From Basidiobolus meristosporus CBS 931.73 (taxonomy: Eukaryota; Fungi; Basidiobolomycota): a DNA stretch of 64,000 nt. Position numbers and translations under genes: made by a program. Positions within the stretch are counted from its first letter, which is position 1. Each line of letters starts with the position of its first letter. The stretch covers positions 62,001 through 126,000 of the forward strand of contig MCFE01000146.1 in the NCBI GenBank assembly GCA_002104905.1. The letters are read 5' to 3'. The notes under the pieces were generated by a model. That model was given only the letters and a program-made list of their open reading frames with translations. It was not told the DNA's origin and did not search any database. This document shows positions 12,950 through 25,155 of this stretch, in pieces.

Positions 12950-13920
12950 AAGCAGATCATTTTTATTAGGACAATTTTACCTCCATACACTGGGTTTATG
13001 ATGAGAATAAGCTGGTTTCTACACCATACAATAGGAAATTTATATAAATAACAATCAGAGTGTACCTATCAAGGCTGTCAAATTACTGTCATGTTTTTTC
13101 CTTTTATGCCAACTGTATGTAATTGCTGGTTGGGTCCTCACAGACATGGGTAGGCTAATGTAGATTCATAAAAGTGCCATCTAAATCCTGTCAAAAGCTG
13201 GTTTTCACACCATTAACTTTATTTACCTAATGAGCAGTAGATTCAGCAAAACACCATTGAAATCCATCATAAGAGTGTTTGGAGAGTAAAAAATTCCAAG
13301 CAGCCTACATTTTGACACCCTCATTGCATGATCATGATACTTGAGCTGAATAGGATGCCCCAGTGGGACTAGAGAACTCTTAACAGTCAAATAGAGCTAA
13401 CAAATACTCTGCCAGCAAGTCCTTCTGGTTGATAAAACTTACCAATCTAGACCTGCTATCAATCTTACAGTAACAGGGCAGAAATATGATAGTAATCATA
13501 CTTTTACATAGACCTAAATCACCATCCAACCTGGATGGCTGCCTAAATCAGTTGCTGGATTAGTTTTCAAGCTATCCAACAGGATACTGTTAGACAAATT
13601 TTATTTCAAAGCACATTTTAACATCTGCATTGGAGACACCACAGCTATCAGTGGATAGCCAGCTTTTGTGGGCACAATGAATGGTATTGCTCTTAAATAT
13701 GAAAGAACCTAGGGACTAACTTTGTAGCTCATGCACTTTAGTTTTATCCAGAAACCAATACTAAAAACCAAATCTCCACACAAAGGGAACATTCAGAAGT
13801 CAATATTCAAGTGCAGCAAAGCTGGCAAGCTGTAAGTCATTAGCCAGATATAGAGTTAATCAAACCAGAGACATTAAAGATAGAGAAAATATTATGAAGT
13901 AAAAGTGCTTCACTAGGGGT
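12950..13920 (+). pseudogene. Additional EnSpm-like transposase fragment
   Basis: PKSPSNLDG.LNQLLD at ~13,510-13,560 matches GPKSLSNLDS*LYPLLDEF of the 38,930-39,000 copy. Confidence 0.55.
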
Positions 13921-13926
13921 GATGCA

Positions 13927-14097
13927 CTTATGATATAACAGCCAATTGAATGTTCAAGTTAGATCAGTTTGTAGTAAAATAAATTAATTTTACACTTTGC
14001 CTATCAGAATAACAATTTTACCCATTAAATAAGTGGTATTAGCCAGCAAATGGGTCAGCAGATCCCTATCTATCAGAAATAGAGATATTAATTAAGA
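13927..14097 (+). mobile_element. Partial family B LTR (5' part)
   Basis: TTGAATGTTCAAGTTAGATCAG and CAGCAGATCCCTATC match the 11,369 LTR; truncated where the foldback copy begins. Confidence 0.7.
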
Positions 14098-14099
14098 GA

Positions 14100-14745
14100 T
14101 TTTTCTCTGTTAGATGGTGCCACATTGAGCCATGATTGCCAAATGATGCCATAGTGTGCCAAGGAGGCTTAGTGGACTTATACTTGGCCACAGCATGTGA
14201 AACATATATCTTCATCTTCATGCAAAGCAAACCCTTGTTTCACCCACTGTGCTGGAGAAAATTCATTTTTTGCCCTTTTTTTGGGATGAATGTTATGCAT
14301 ATGTGTAAGTGCACAGAAGAACTGACAACATGCATCTTGTACCTAATACCCAGGGTACTCTGAATCTAGCTCTTGTGGCCTATAACATGTCACAAGAATG
14401 CATGGCACTATCTTGGTCCACTGGCACTATATGGCACTATAAGTGCTTTGCATAGGCTCTACTTTGGAGCTAATATTAAGATATTGCCAAATAGTGACAA
14501 AGGACCAAGATAGTGCCATGCATTATTGTAACATGTTATAAGCCCCAGGAGCCATATTCAGAGTGTCATGTATACTGCATACCAGATACATATCTTCAGT
14601 CCTTCTGTCCACTTACAGATCATGCACAACATTCATCCCAAAAAAAGATCAAAAGACGGATTTTCTCACTCATAAAGGGTGAAACACAGGGGCTACTTTG
14701 CATTACAATTCATAACCATGTTTGACACTTTGTTGCTATTTTGTG
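14100..14745. repeat. Foldback (long inverted repeat) element, degenerate copy lacking intact termini
   Basis: Arms pair, e.g. ATGCATGGCACTATCTTGGTCC (~14,400) with GGACCAAGATAGTGCCATGCAT (~14,502). The central spacer is the reverse complement of the spacer in the 40,558-41,291 copy. Confidence 0.85.
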
Positions 14746-14778
14746 GTGGTATATAGGTTTAACTTTATTAAGAGAGAG

Positions 14779-15135
14779 TATTATGTTCTACCACTTAAGT
14801 ATTAAAGTTGAATCAGTTTCAGTCAAACCAATAAGTTTGATTTTTAGCCTATTGGTATATTGGTGTTAACTATCAATTCAGTAGTAATAGTCAGCAGATT
14901 CTTATCAGACAGAAATAGATATATTCAGTGGGATCTAATTGTGTATTATAATGCAATCAAATGAGTCATCAGTCACAACTTATACTAGGAAACACAATTA
15001 GTCAGCAATATCTCTGGCAAAATGTATATAAGGGGCTGCCAAAACCTCAACAAAGATTAATTCAGGTTTTAGTGAATACAATACTGGCCAAACTCCCTAC
15101 TCCTCTACAACTCTTGTACCAAGACTAATAAAACA
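14779..15135 (+). mobile_element. Degenerate family B LTR (probably solo)
   Basis: Collinear with 11,369-11,736 (e.g. CAAATGAGTCATCAG, CTGGCAAAATGTA, CTCCCTACTCCTCTACAAC); ends are decayed. Confidence 0.75.
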
Positions 15136-15190
15136 TTCAAGTAAGTGCGATGTCCCAAATACCAGACTATTTTGATCTCACACAAGTATT

Positions 15191-18100
15191 TTTTACAAAT
15201 CATGGGATAAAATTTGTAGAGGAATAGGGAGTTTAGCTGGTATTCTATTTACTCTAACTTGAACTGATTTTGTTGAGGTTCCATCAGTTCCTTATATCCA
15301 TTTTGCCAGATCAATTGCTGACTAATTTTATTTCCTAATATATGTTGTGACTGATGACTCATTTGATTAGATAATTATCATACAATAAGATCCTACTTAA
15401 TAAATTTGCTTCTGCCTGATAATAATTGGCTGATTCATCGGCTGACAAATGGTATTGATTTGATAGACAATACTGATATACTGATGGGCTAGATATATCA
15501 CTAATTGATTTGACTAAAAACCAATCTAACTTAAACATTCACGCGGCAAATCACAACATTCTCCCCTACTAAATTTGAGAGGGTTCTGAATCTCTTTTCT
15601 TGTGATACCAATATCCTGATGGCTCTGTATTGTTGGCAGATCTTGCAAGCCTGAGTCTGTATTTATGAACTAAATCTTCCCAGATATTCCCTAGTTTGTC
15701 CACTAGCTGGGATGTTGCAAATGGACATTCTCAGATGATCTTAAGAGGCTCTAACCATTGTGGCTCAGGCTTTTTCCAAGTATTGCTTCTCAGCAATACA
15801 AAGTTTGCAACTGTCAATGCTTCGGTTGATACAGTTCTAGCAAATCTCCGCTTTATCATTTCTGCACTTTGAGATACTTTAGCTTGTGCCTCTTGACGTC
15901 TTTGTTCCAGCTGCTGGTATCTGCTTGGCTGACTGATCTCATCTTCTACGGTATCTGCAAGCATTGGTTGTGTGAGATCTCCTAGAATCCTTGGTTCACA
16001 ACCATACACTAAGTAAAATGGAATTGTTGGGTATTGTTGTATAATCTAACTCTGCATGCAAAAAGTGCTTGGTCTATAAATTTATCTCATTTTCGGACAG
16101 CTCCATTTGTATATGTGGTCAGCATTTTTCTAATAATCCACTAAACCGCTGAGTGACTCCTTTAGTTCTAGGGTGACATGCCAAGGTTTTCAAGTGTCTT
16201 ATGTGCTACATTTCCAGATAAGCTTCCAATGCCTTTGCCATAAAGTTTGCTCCTCTATTGGATAGAGTCCCTACCAGGCATCCAATCTTCATAAAGATCT
16301 CACAGTAGATGAAACTTACAACTTCTTGTTCAGTGGCTACAGGTACTGCTTTAGCCGCTAGCCATTTTGTGGAATGGTAAGTTACTACTAGGATCCAACC
16401 ATTGTGTTTCCTGCTGGTTGGCAGTCTTCCAATATAGACAATACCCCATGTTTCAAATGGGCTTATAGGCTCCAAGGGAAAGAGCTCAGCCATTCTCTGT
16501 GGTTGACCTTGGTTGGTTTGGCAATTTGGGCATTTTTTCACTAGCTACTCAATATCTTGTTCATTCTGGGCCACCAAGCTTTGGCTTTAACAAGGCTATA
16601 GGTTCCTTCTATTCTAAGATATCCATATCCATTGTGTAGCTTTTGGATTAAATCCAGGCAAGTGACATATCAGCAATAGGCAATAAGGCTTTCATCAATA
16701 ATTTGGTAGAGTGTTTCATCCTCTACCACAAATTTGCCCACTTCATCTCAGATTATCTTCTTAATCTCTTCATCCACCTCATTACAAACGGCTTGGCCCT
16801 GCAAGTACTTTGGTTATAAACTAGGCCAACTTGATACATGCACCAAGTTGAGTTGTGCAACTGGTTCAAGTCTTGATAAGGTATCAGCAACAGTGTTGTT
16901 TTTACCAGGTCAGTAAATAATATCCAAGTCAAATTGCTGAATGTATTCACTCCATCATGTCATTCTTTTGGAGAGTACCTTCTGAGTAAATATATATTTG
17001 AGGGAGGTGTGATCAGTCTTCACAGTGCATTTGACTCCTTCAACACAGCATCTGCATGTCTATAAGCAGTGTATTATAGCAAGTTTCTTGGCTCACCACT
17101 CCACCAATTGCATAACCCAAAGCATATTTGCACAGAGTAAACTTTTTTCTGAATTCTAGTATTCTTAAGCTTGGCGGCTTAGCCAGTTCATTCTTCAGCG
17201 TTGTGGTGGTGTATAAGTCCAAAGGTCAAAATACAGACAACACTTCTAAAGTGTGTATGTGTGTGGGGTGTTTACTGGGTGCAATAATCTCTGGCAAAGC
17301 TTGCTGGGAATACTGGGTCTTTTGTCTAATCTAGTGTGAAGGGGGATAAAGCCTCAAGCTTGATAAGGGAAAACTAATGAGCTACAATCCCCAACTTAGT
17401 TGGTGTCTTAACAAAAGTTTATAATGGCTTCAATGTCCTTTGAGTCAACAGTGTACTAAAGCTTCCAAAGTCAGCACAACTGTAAACTCCACCAACAGGG
17501 ACTTGATAAGGACGCAGCTTTGACCAATAGTCACAAGGACTGAAAAGTATCTTTGCCTGTACAAGAACAAACTTGGGAAACAATCATGTATAATAAAATA
17601 TACCTGCTCCAAGTATTCCTCACAAGTAGTGCCTCCAAGCTCAGTTGGCTGTCAGTGTGGTTTCCTGGGAGTATTATCATGTCTGAGTCTGAAAGTAGTG
17701 GTAATAGGCAGCAGTGATCTCACTAATCAATAAGTTAGAATATTGGAAGAGGGATGAATTATTTGTAAGGGATGGCCTTCCTTATATATTTTTTTCTGCT
17801 CAAATTCTTGCTAGAAATAACTTTCCAGAAGTTTCCAGAAGGTAGTAGAGAGCCAATCATGTCATTTTGTACAAAAGTAGCTCAAATTCTTGGCAGATTG
17901 TTCCATGAGACACTGTAGTGCATAGCCAATTGGTGAGTGGTAATATGAAACCTGTGTGGCATGTAGCTACCTCATATGGTAGTAGGAAAGGAGGGTTATG
18001 AAGCCAGGATGGTCACGTGACAGAGGCACTGTTGGGGGTACTTGCCTTATATGTTAACTATCTTGTCTTGGCATTTTAGCAAGGAATAGGAATAACTTGT

Positions 18101-20804
18101 GCAACGGGTTAAAAGTGACAAATATCTTGCCATGTCACATAGTAATAATCACATCAACAGATAGAAAAAATTGCAATTTGGGATGATACTAATATAGGGG
18201 GGGGTAATCCTTTTTAGGGAAGTGAACATATGGGAAAGAGCACATCTGCCTGTGGGTGTCACTGTGACCCCACTACAGCATCTGAAAGGCAGTCTCACAG
18301 GCTATGTCCCACTTGTAGGTATTGACTTTCTTGAGGATATCAGTTAAAGGTGCTGCATTACTTTCAAAGGACTTGACAAATCTCCAGTAATAGGAAACCA
18401 CTCCAAGGAATGATCTGAGTTCCGCTATGCCATGGGGCTGCTTCAGATCCTTGAGCACTTCAACCTTCCTATGGTATAAGGTCACCACTGTGGTAGTCAT
18501 TCTGTGTCCCAGATAGTCAACATATTCCTTGAAGATTCACACTTGGCTAGCTTGCCAAATGGCCTGTGCTCTCTTAGCTTCTTCAGGACCTATATAATGT
18601 CCACCAAGTTATCCACTTCTGTCGTGCTGTATATCAATGTATCATCTAGTAGATTATCACAAATTTCTCTAAGTACTCCTGAAAGACAATCAGCTTCAGG
18701 GTCATGAATGTTGCAGGGGCATTGGTGAGGCCAAAATCATGACTAAGTACTTGTAATGTCCATATCTGTTCCTAAATGATGACATAGGGAAATCTATTCT
18801 TCACAGTGACTGAGTTGAGGGCTCCATAGTCAATGCAAAACCTGAGTGTTCCATCCTTGTTTTTCACAAAGAGTACCGGCGCTGCCCAAGGTGACTTGCT
18901 GGGTATGATATAACCTTGCTATGATAACCAATCAATTTGCCTCTCCATCTCTTCCAACTCCAATGGACTTATTTTATAAGGTGTCCCACTAACTAAAGGG
19001 CTAACTCCTGTGTCAATGGTATGATTCATATCTCTGACTGGTGGTAGGCTTACAAGTTCATCTGGAAGTATGTCTTGATACTCCTTCAGACAAATCTGGG
19101 CCTTCTGGGGTCAAGGAGTAGATGAGTTCTCCTCTAATACCACCATAAGGAACATCTGGGTGCCTTTTCTAAGTGCTCTACCAAACTGTGTCTTGCTAAG
19201 TTCACTTGTTTCTCATGCACTAGAATTGACCAAGCTGAGATCCAGTCTGGCAGGCAATAGCTTATTGGTCTTATTGTCCTTCTGGATCTGGGTAGCATTG
19301 GTTCTCCAGATTATAGATGGATTACAACAAATAGACAGGTTTTTCCAAGTACAAAGTCAAACTTGCAGTTTGCAGATATATAGGCCTGTGGGTCACCTTC
19401 ATAGTCATTGATCCTCATCCTTCCTGGCTGAGTCATACCATTGATTATGTTAGAGGTCCCATCAGGTTTTGAGACTGAAGTTGATATGGTGGGTTCTGGG
19501 TTGATTCTAGCCCTCAAAGCAAATTGCTCAGACATGTGCTCATGCAATGCTGCTGAGTTGACCATGATCTTGGCAGACACTTCATTGATTACTCCATTGA
19601 AGTATAATAGCTTTCCTCTGGTTGAGGTCATCTGGGATGGGTATTCTTCTGTGATATGGAAGGTGAGTCCTGAGTCTTCTTCAAGTTCATCCTCCATGTC
19701 ACTATGCTCAAGGGCTTCAATATGGTTGAAGGTACTTGATGGCAGGTGGCCATTTCTTCTCCAAGGGCAGTACTTTGCAATATGTGCCTGCTGGTGGCAG
19801 TCAAAGCATAGTCTGTTCTTCTTACATTCTTCTGAGGTAGGATTTTTCTGCACAAAGTCTATTTCCATTTGCACTGGTTCTGATTGTCTTCATGCACAGT
19901 GACTGTAGCCTCCCTGATTAGTCATTGTGGGCTTCCAAGTTCCAAACATAGCTGAGTCAAAGTCAATGGCTATCTTGACAACTCCTTAAGTAGTTTGAGG
20001 TCTTCTATAACTTATATCCTTGCAATTTCTTTCTTTCAACTCAAACTCATCCTAGGTAGAGATTGTGGAGCATGGCATCATTATGGCTGACCTGATCTTG
20101 TTGTTGTACCACTATAAAGCTGCATCTACCAGTTAAGAGGCTGCATAATGTAATTTGCTTCCTGGAACAATTCCCGTAGCCTTGAAAGCTTCTTCAATCT
20201 GCAAGCGCCAAGTGCCCAGGTTTTCATTGACTCTACCATGGTTCCAGTTGACCTACACACTAAAGTTGCTCTTGGCAACACTTAGCTGACTTTGAGCCAT
20301 GATAGTCATTGTTTGTTGCTGCTAGCTAAGAATCTAGAGTAACTATTGCTGCTGGGCTATGATTTGCTGTATAGCATTCCTCCAATCTTGATTTTTGGAA
20401 ATCTTGAGGAAGGCTTCTTCTTCCTCCAGGAGGAAGGTTTCTGATTTTTGCTTCTACTAATGTTACAAGTCATGGTTTAAGAGTTGTAAAGGAATAGAAA
20501 GTTAATCCAGTGTTGTATTCACTAAAACATAAGCTGATTTGTATTGAGGTTGCCAGATCAATTGCCAACTCATTCTGTTTCCTGATATAGGTTGTAGCTG
20601 ATGACTCATTTGATTGCATCATCATCACCTAATAAGATCCTACTTAATATATCTTTTTCTGCCAGATAAGGATATGCTGATTCATATGCCAACTAAGCTA
20701 CTGATTAGATAGATAACATCAATATACCAATAGGCTAAACATATAACTAACTGGTTTGACTAAAAACTAACCTAGCTTAAACATTAAAGCGGGAAATCAT
20801 TACA
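15191..20804 (-). mobile_element. Full-length but decayed Ty3/Gypsy element G1 (family B): gag with CCHC knuckle, protease, RT, RNase H, integrase
   Basis: LTRs 20,461-20,804 and 15,191-15,558; PPT AGTAGGGGAGAA; 4-bp flanks TATT/TGTT. CFDCHQQAHIAKYC knuckle, IMVNSAA protease relic, LRSFLGVVSYYWRFV and PFETWGIVYIG integrase motifs. Many stops. Confidence 0.9.
17202..18277 (-). mobile_element. Solo LTR of a family D variant nested in G1 RT/RNase H
   Basis: TGTGGTGG...CCACTACA termini; 4-bp TSD GCGT/GCAT. Removing it restores collinearity with G2 at 22,391-22,410. Confidence 0.85.
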
Positions 20805-20899
20805 TGTTGACACAAAAGTGATGTAATAGCATACAAAAGCTAAAAGCTTAGTTAGTAGTTCTGGACTAGTTTTGTTCCCATATGACTAATACACTGTCC

Positions 20900-21148
20900 T
20901 ACATTTTCTCATATCTAAGGTTAGAAATGATTCTGGAAAAATATGAAGCAATATATGGTAGTTCTCAAAGACTTTGTCACCATGCATCAAGAATCATATA
21001 ATTAAGCTGATCACACTAAATCAATTCAAATAATTTGCACATAATTATTGCCAATCTTATTATGACTTATTTATCTCAAAGGTCTTTTTACATGAGCCAC
21101 ATTACTACCACAGGATATCCTTTTGGCATATAAGAGGAGATAAAATGC
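20900..21148 (+). pseudogene. Fragment of a second copy of the PHIS transposase 5' region
   Basis: Homologous to ~7520-7790 (ATGACTTA.T.ATCT.AA.GGTCTTTT, ACTACCAC.GGAT.TCCTTTTG); cut by the G2 LTR at 21,149. Confidence 0.65.
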
Positions 21149-24100
21149 TGTTACAAATCTTAGTATAAGAGTTGCAGAGAAAATAGGGAGTTTAGCTAGT
21201 ATTGCATTCACTAAAACTTGAACTGATTTTTTTTGAGGTTCCAGCAGCTCCTTATATACATTTTGCCAGACCAATTGTTGACTGCTTGTATTTCCTAATG
21301 TAAACTGTGGCTGATGACTCATTAAATTGCATCATCATCACCCAACAAGATCCTACTCAATATATATATTTCTGTCTGATAAGGGTCTGCTGATTTAATT
21401 GATAATACTGATATATTGATACTCTAAACACATAACTAGTTGAATTGACTAATAACTGATCTAACTTAAACATTCAAGCAGTAGATCATAACATTCTGTG
21501 CTACTAAAGTTGAGAGGTTCTCCTGAATCTTTTTTCTGGTGATATCAATATCTTGATGGTTAAGTATTACCAGCAAGTTTTTTAATCTTGAGCCTGTCCC
21601 TATGCATTAAGTCTTCCCAGATATTGCCTTGTTTGTCCACTAGTTGGTAAGTTTCAAGCGGAAATTCTCTGATGATCTTGAGTGGTCCTGTCCAAAGTGG
21701 CCCAAGCTTCTCTGAAGTGTTGTTTCTTAGCATTACAAAATTCCCAACTGTCAATGCTTCTGGTGCTACAGTCTTATCAAATCTCTGCTTCATCTTTTCT
21801 GTGCATTGAGGTACTTTGGTCTCTGCCTCTTGACATCTTTGTTCCAGCTGCAAGTGTCTACTTGGCTGACTGAGTTCATCTTCTAAGGTGTCTGTAAGCT
21901 TTGATTGTGTGAAATCTCCTGGAATCCTTTGTTCACATCCATACACTAAGAAAAATGGCAATTGTTGGGTGGTGTTGTGTACTCTGATCCTGATAAGGCA
22001 TCAGCAACCGTGTTGTTTTTCCCAGGGCAGTAGACAATCTCCAAGTCAATTGCTGAATGTATTCACTTAATCTTGTCATTCTTCTTAAGAGTACCTTCTG
22101 AGTAAATATACTTGATGGAGGCATGATCAGTCTTCATGGTGCATTTGACTCCTTCATTATAGCATCTCCATGTCTTCAAGCAGTGTATTATAGCAAGCAT
22201 CTCCTTCTCATGCACTGGATAGTTTTGTTCTGCTGAGTTCAGTTTCTTGGATTCAAAGGATACTGGGTAGTCCTTTCCCTTGTGCTTGTGGCTCAGCACT
22301 CCACCACTTGCATAGTCTGAAGCATTTGTGCACAGAGTAGACTCTTTTCTGAAGTCTGGTATTCTTAAGCTTGGTTGCTTAGGAAGTTCATTCTTGAGCT
22401 TCTGAAAGACAGTCTCACAAGCCATGTCCCACTTGTAGGTATTGTCTTTCTTGAGGATATCAGTTAAGGGGGCTGCAATACTTGCAAAGGACTTGACAAA
22501 TCTCCAATAATAGCAGACCATTCCAAGGAATGATCTGTGTTCTGCTAGGTTATTGGGCTGCTTCAGATTCTTGATAACTTCAACCTTCTTAGGGTCTAAG
22601 GATACTCCTGTGCTAGTCATAATGTGTTCCAGATATTCAGCATGTTCCTTGAAGAATTCATACTTGGGTAGCTTGCCATAAAACTTGTGCTCTCTTAGCT
22701 TCTTCAAAACATTTTCAATGTGCACCAAGTGATACTCTTTTGTCTTGCTGCACATCAATATTTCATCTAGGTAGATTATCACAAACTTGTCTAAGTACTC
22801 CTGGAAGGCAGTCTGCACCAGGGTCATGAATGTTACAGGGGCATTGGTGAAGCCAAAACTCAAGACTAAGTACTTGTAATGTCCATATCTGGTCCTGAAT
22901 GCTGTCTTAGGGATGTCTTCTGGCTTCACCCTAATCTGGTTGTATCCTGACACAAGATCAATCTTGCTGAATATAGAGGCTCCATTGAGTTGGTCCAAGA
23001 GCTCATCAATCCAAGGTATGGGGTACTTGTTCTACACAGTAGCTGAGTTGAGGGCTCCATAGTCAATGCTCATCCGGAGTGTTTCATCATTATTCTTCAC
23101 AAAAAGTACTGGTGCACCCCAAGGTGACTTGCTTGGTCTGATATATCCTTGGTCCAGTAACTGATCTATATGTCTCTTTATCTCTTTCAGTTCTAATGGA
23201 CTCATTCTGTAAGGTCTCTTACCTGCTGGAGGGCTATCACTTATTTCAATGGCATGATCCACATCTCTGACAGGTGGTAGGCTTACAAGCTCATCTGGAA
23301 ATACATCTGAATATTCCCTCATAAGAGTCTGGACCTTCTGGGGGACCAGAGTAGAGGAATCCACCTGTAATGCTACCATGAGGGACACCTGAGTGCCTTT
23401 TCTTATTGCTCTACAGAACTGTGTCTTGCTAAGCTTACATGTGTCACATGCACTGGAATAGACCAAGTTAAAATCCAGTCTGGCAGGTACTGGTTCATAG
23501 GTCTTGATGTCTTTCCAGATCTGAGCAGCATGGGCCCTCCAGTTTATTGATGAAACACAACAAAATAGCCAGGTTTCCCAAGTAATAGGTCAAACATGCA
23601 GTTCCCATATATATAGGCCTGTAGATCTTCTTCATAGTCATTGACTTTCATCCTTACTAGCTAAGTAACACGGTTGAATTTGTGGGAGTTCCCATTGGCT
23701 GTTGAGACTGAAGCTGATTTGGTTCTGAGTTGATTTCAGCTTTCAGAGCAAATTGCTCTGACATGTACTCATGTGATGCTCCTGAGTCAATCATGATTGT
23801 GGTATGTACTCCATTGATTATGCCATTCAAGTATAATAGCTTTCCCAAGTTTGAGGTCATCTGGGATAGATATTCTTCTGTCATATGGAAGGTGAGTTCT
23901 AAGTCTTTTTCAAGCTCATCTTCCATGTTACTATGCTCCATGGCTTCAACATGGTTAAAGGTACTTGATGGCTGGTGTTCCTTTCTTCTCTGAGGGCAGT
24001 ACTTTGCAATATGTCCCTGCTGGTGGCAATTAAAGCAATTTCACTTCTTCTTACATTCTTCAGATGTAGGGTTCTGCTGTATGGCATTTATTTTCATTGG

Positions 24101-25155
24101 CACTGCTTCTGATTGACTTCTTTCATAGTGATTGTAGCCTCACTGATTAATTAGTGTGGGCTTCCCAACTCCAAACATAGCTGGGTCAGAGTCAATGGCA
24201 ATCTTGATGGCATCTTCAATAGTCTGAGGTCTTCCATAATTTACTTCCTTGCAAGTGTTTTCTTTCAACCCATCAATAAAGCTTTCCATTTGATCCAGGG
24301 GGTCCAATCTTTCAATATGTCCATGTAGTCATATAAATTCAGCAATGTGCTCTTGAATTATTCCCTTCTGTCTGGGGATCTTCAACTTTCTTCCTAATAG
24401 TGTCTGCTGATGTGGTGGCTCAAAAGCATCCTGAATTTGCAACACATACTCATCCCAGGTAGAGATAGTGGAGCATTTCATCATTATAGCTGACCTGATC
24501 TTGTTGTGGTACCTCTGTAAGGGTGCATCTGCCAGTTAAGAGGCTGCATAATGTAAGTTGCCTCCTGGTGAAATTCCCTTAGCCTCAAAAGCTGTTTCAA
24601 TCTGGAAGAGCCAAGTTTACAGGATTTCATTAACTCTACCATGGTACCAAATGACCTTCACACTAGAGTTGCTCTTGGCAGGGTTTTACTGACTTTAGAC
24701 CATGGTAGTCATTCCTTATTGCTGCAGGCCATAGATCTTGAGTAACTGTTGCTGCTGGGCCAGGACTTGCTGCATAGCATTTTCCATTCTTGATTCTCTA
24801 ACATCTTGAGGGAGGCTACTTCTTTCCTGAGATGGAAGGTTTCTCATTATTGCTGCTACCAGTGTTACAAGTCTTGGTATACAAGTTGTAGAAGAATAGG
24901 GAGTTTGGCTGGTATTTTAATCACTAAAACTTAAACTGATTTTTATTGAGGTTCCAGCAGCTCCTTAAAGAAATTTTGCCAGGTCAATTGCTGACTAATT
25001 TTGTGCCCTAAAGTGGGTTGTGTCTAATGACTCATTAGATTGCATCAGCATCACCCAATAAAGTCCTACTCAATAAATCAACTTCTGTCTGATAAGAATT
25101 TACTGACTAATGCTATTGATCTGATAAATGAAACTGATAAACAGCTGGTGAATGA
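21149..25155 (-). mobile_element. Ty3/Gypsy element G2 (family B) with deleted integrase core and truncated 5' LTR
   Basis: 3' LTR 21,149-21,493; 5' LTR 24,863-~25,155; PBS TGGTAGCAG (initiator-Met-tRNA-like). Protease IMIDSGAS. The RNase H end joins directly to the integrase C-terminus at ~21,980. Confidence 0.9.
22063..22998 (-). CDS. Open 311-aa RT/RNase H segment of G2 pol
   Basis: FSKIDLVSGYNQIRV, KTAFRT, VIIYLDEILM (YLDD altered to YLDE), TNASDYASGGVL and EKEMLAII motifs. Confidence 0.9.
   Translation of the reverse strand: MDQLNGASIFSKIDLVSGYNQIRVKPEDIPKTAFRTRYGHYKYLVLSFGFTNAPVTFMTLVQTAFQEYLDKFVIIYLDEILMCSKTKEYHLVHIENVLKKLREHKFYGKLPKYEFFKEHAEYLEHIMTSTGVSLDPKKVEVIKNLKQPNNLAEHRSFLGMVCYYWRFVKSFASIAAPLTDILKKDNTYKWDMACETVFQKLKNELPKQPSLRIPDFRKESTLCTNASDYASGGVLSHKHKGKDYPVSFESKKLNSAEQNYPVHEKEMLAIIHCLKTWRCYNEGVKCTMKTDHASIKYIYSEGTLKKNDKIK

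Larger units (their letters stand above)
9400..12950 (+). pseudogene. Near-complete degenerate EnSpm-like transposase gene interrupted by two solo LTRs
   Basis: Motifs appear in order: N-terminal Cys motif (~9900), HVKAHITICI..PA and YCQMQEIQG..YYPY (~11,910-12,060), IPEKFERTGKILQ (~12,320) and YSTFWEFSME (~12,700). The flanks of both LTR insertions rejoin collinearly with the 39,000-39,260 copy. Confidence 0.75.

Noticed and set aside
19441-19902. 153-aa plus-strand ORF (and similar shadows at 23,730, 35,513 and 53,024)
   Set aside because: Antisense frames of gag/protease or of the zinc-finger gene.
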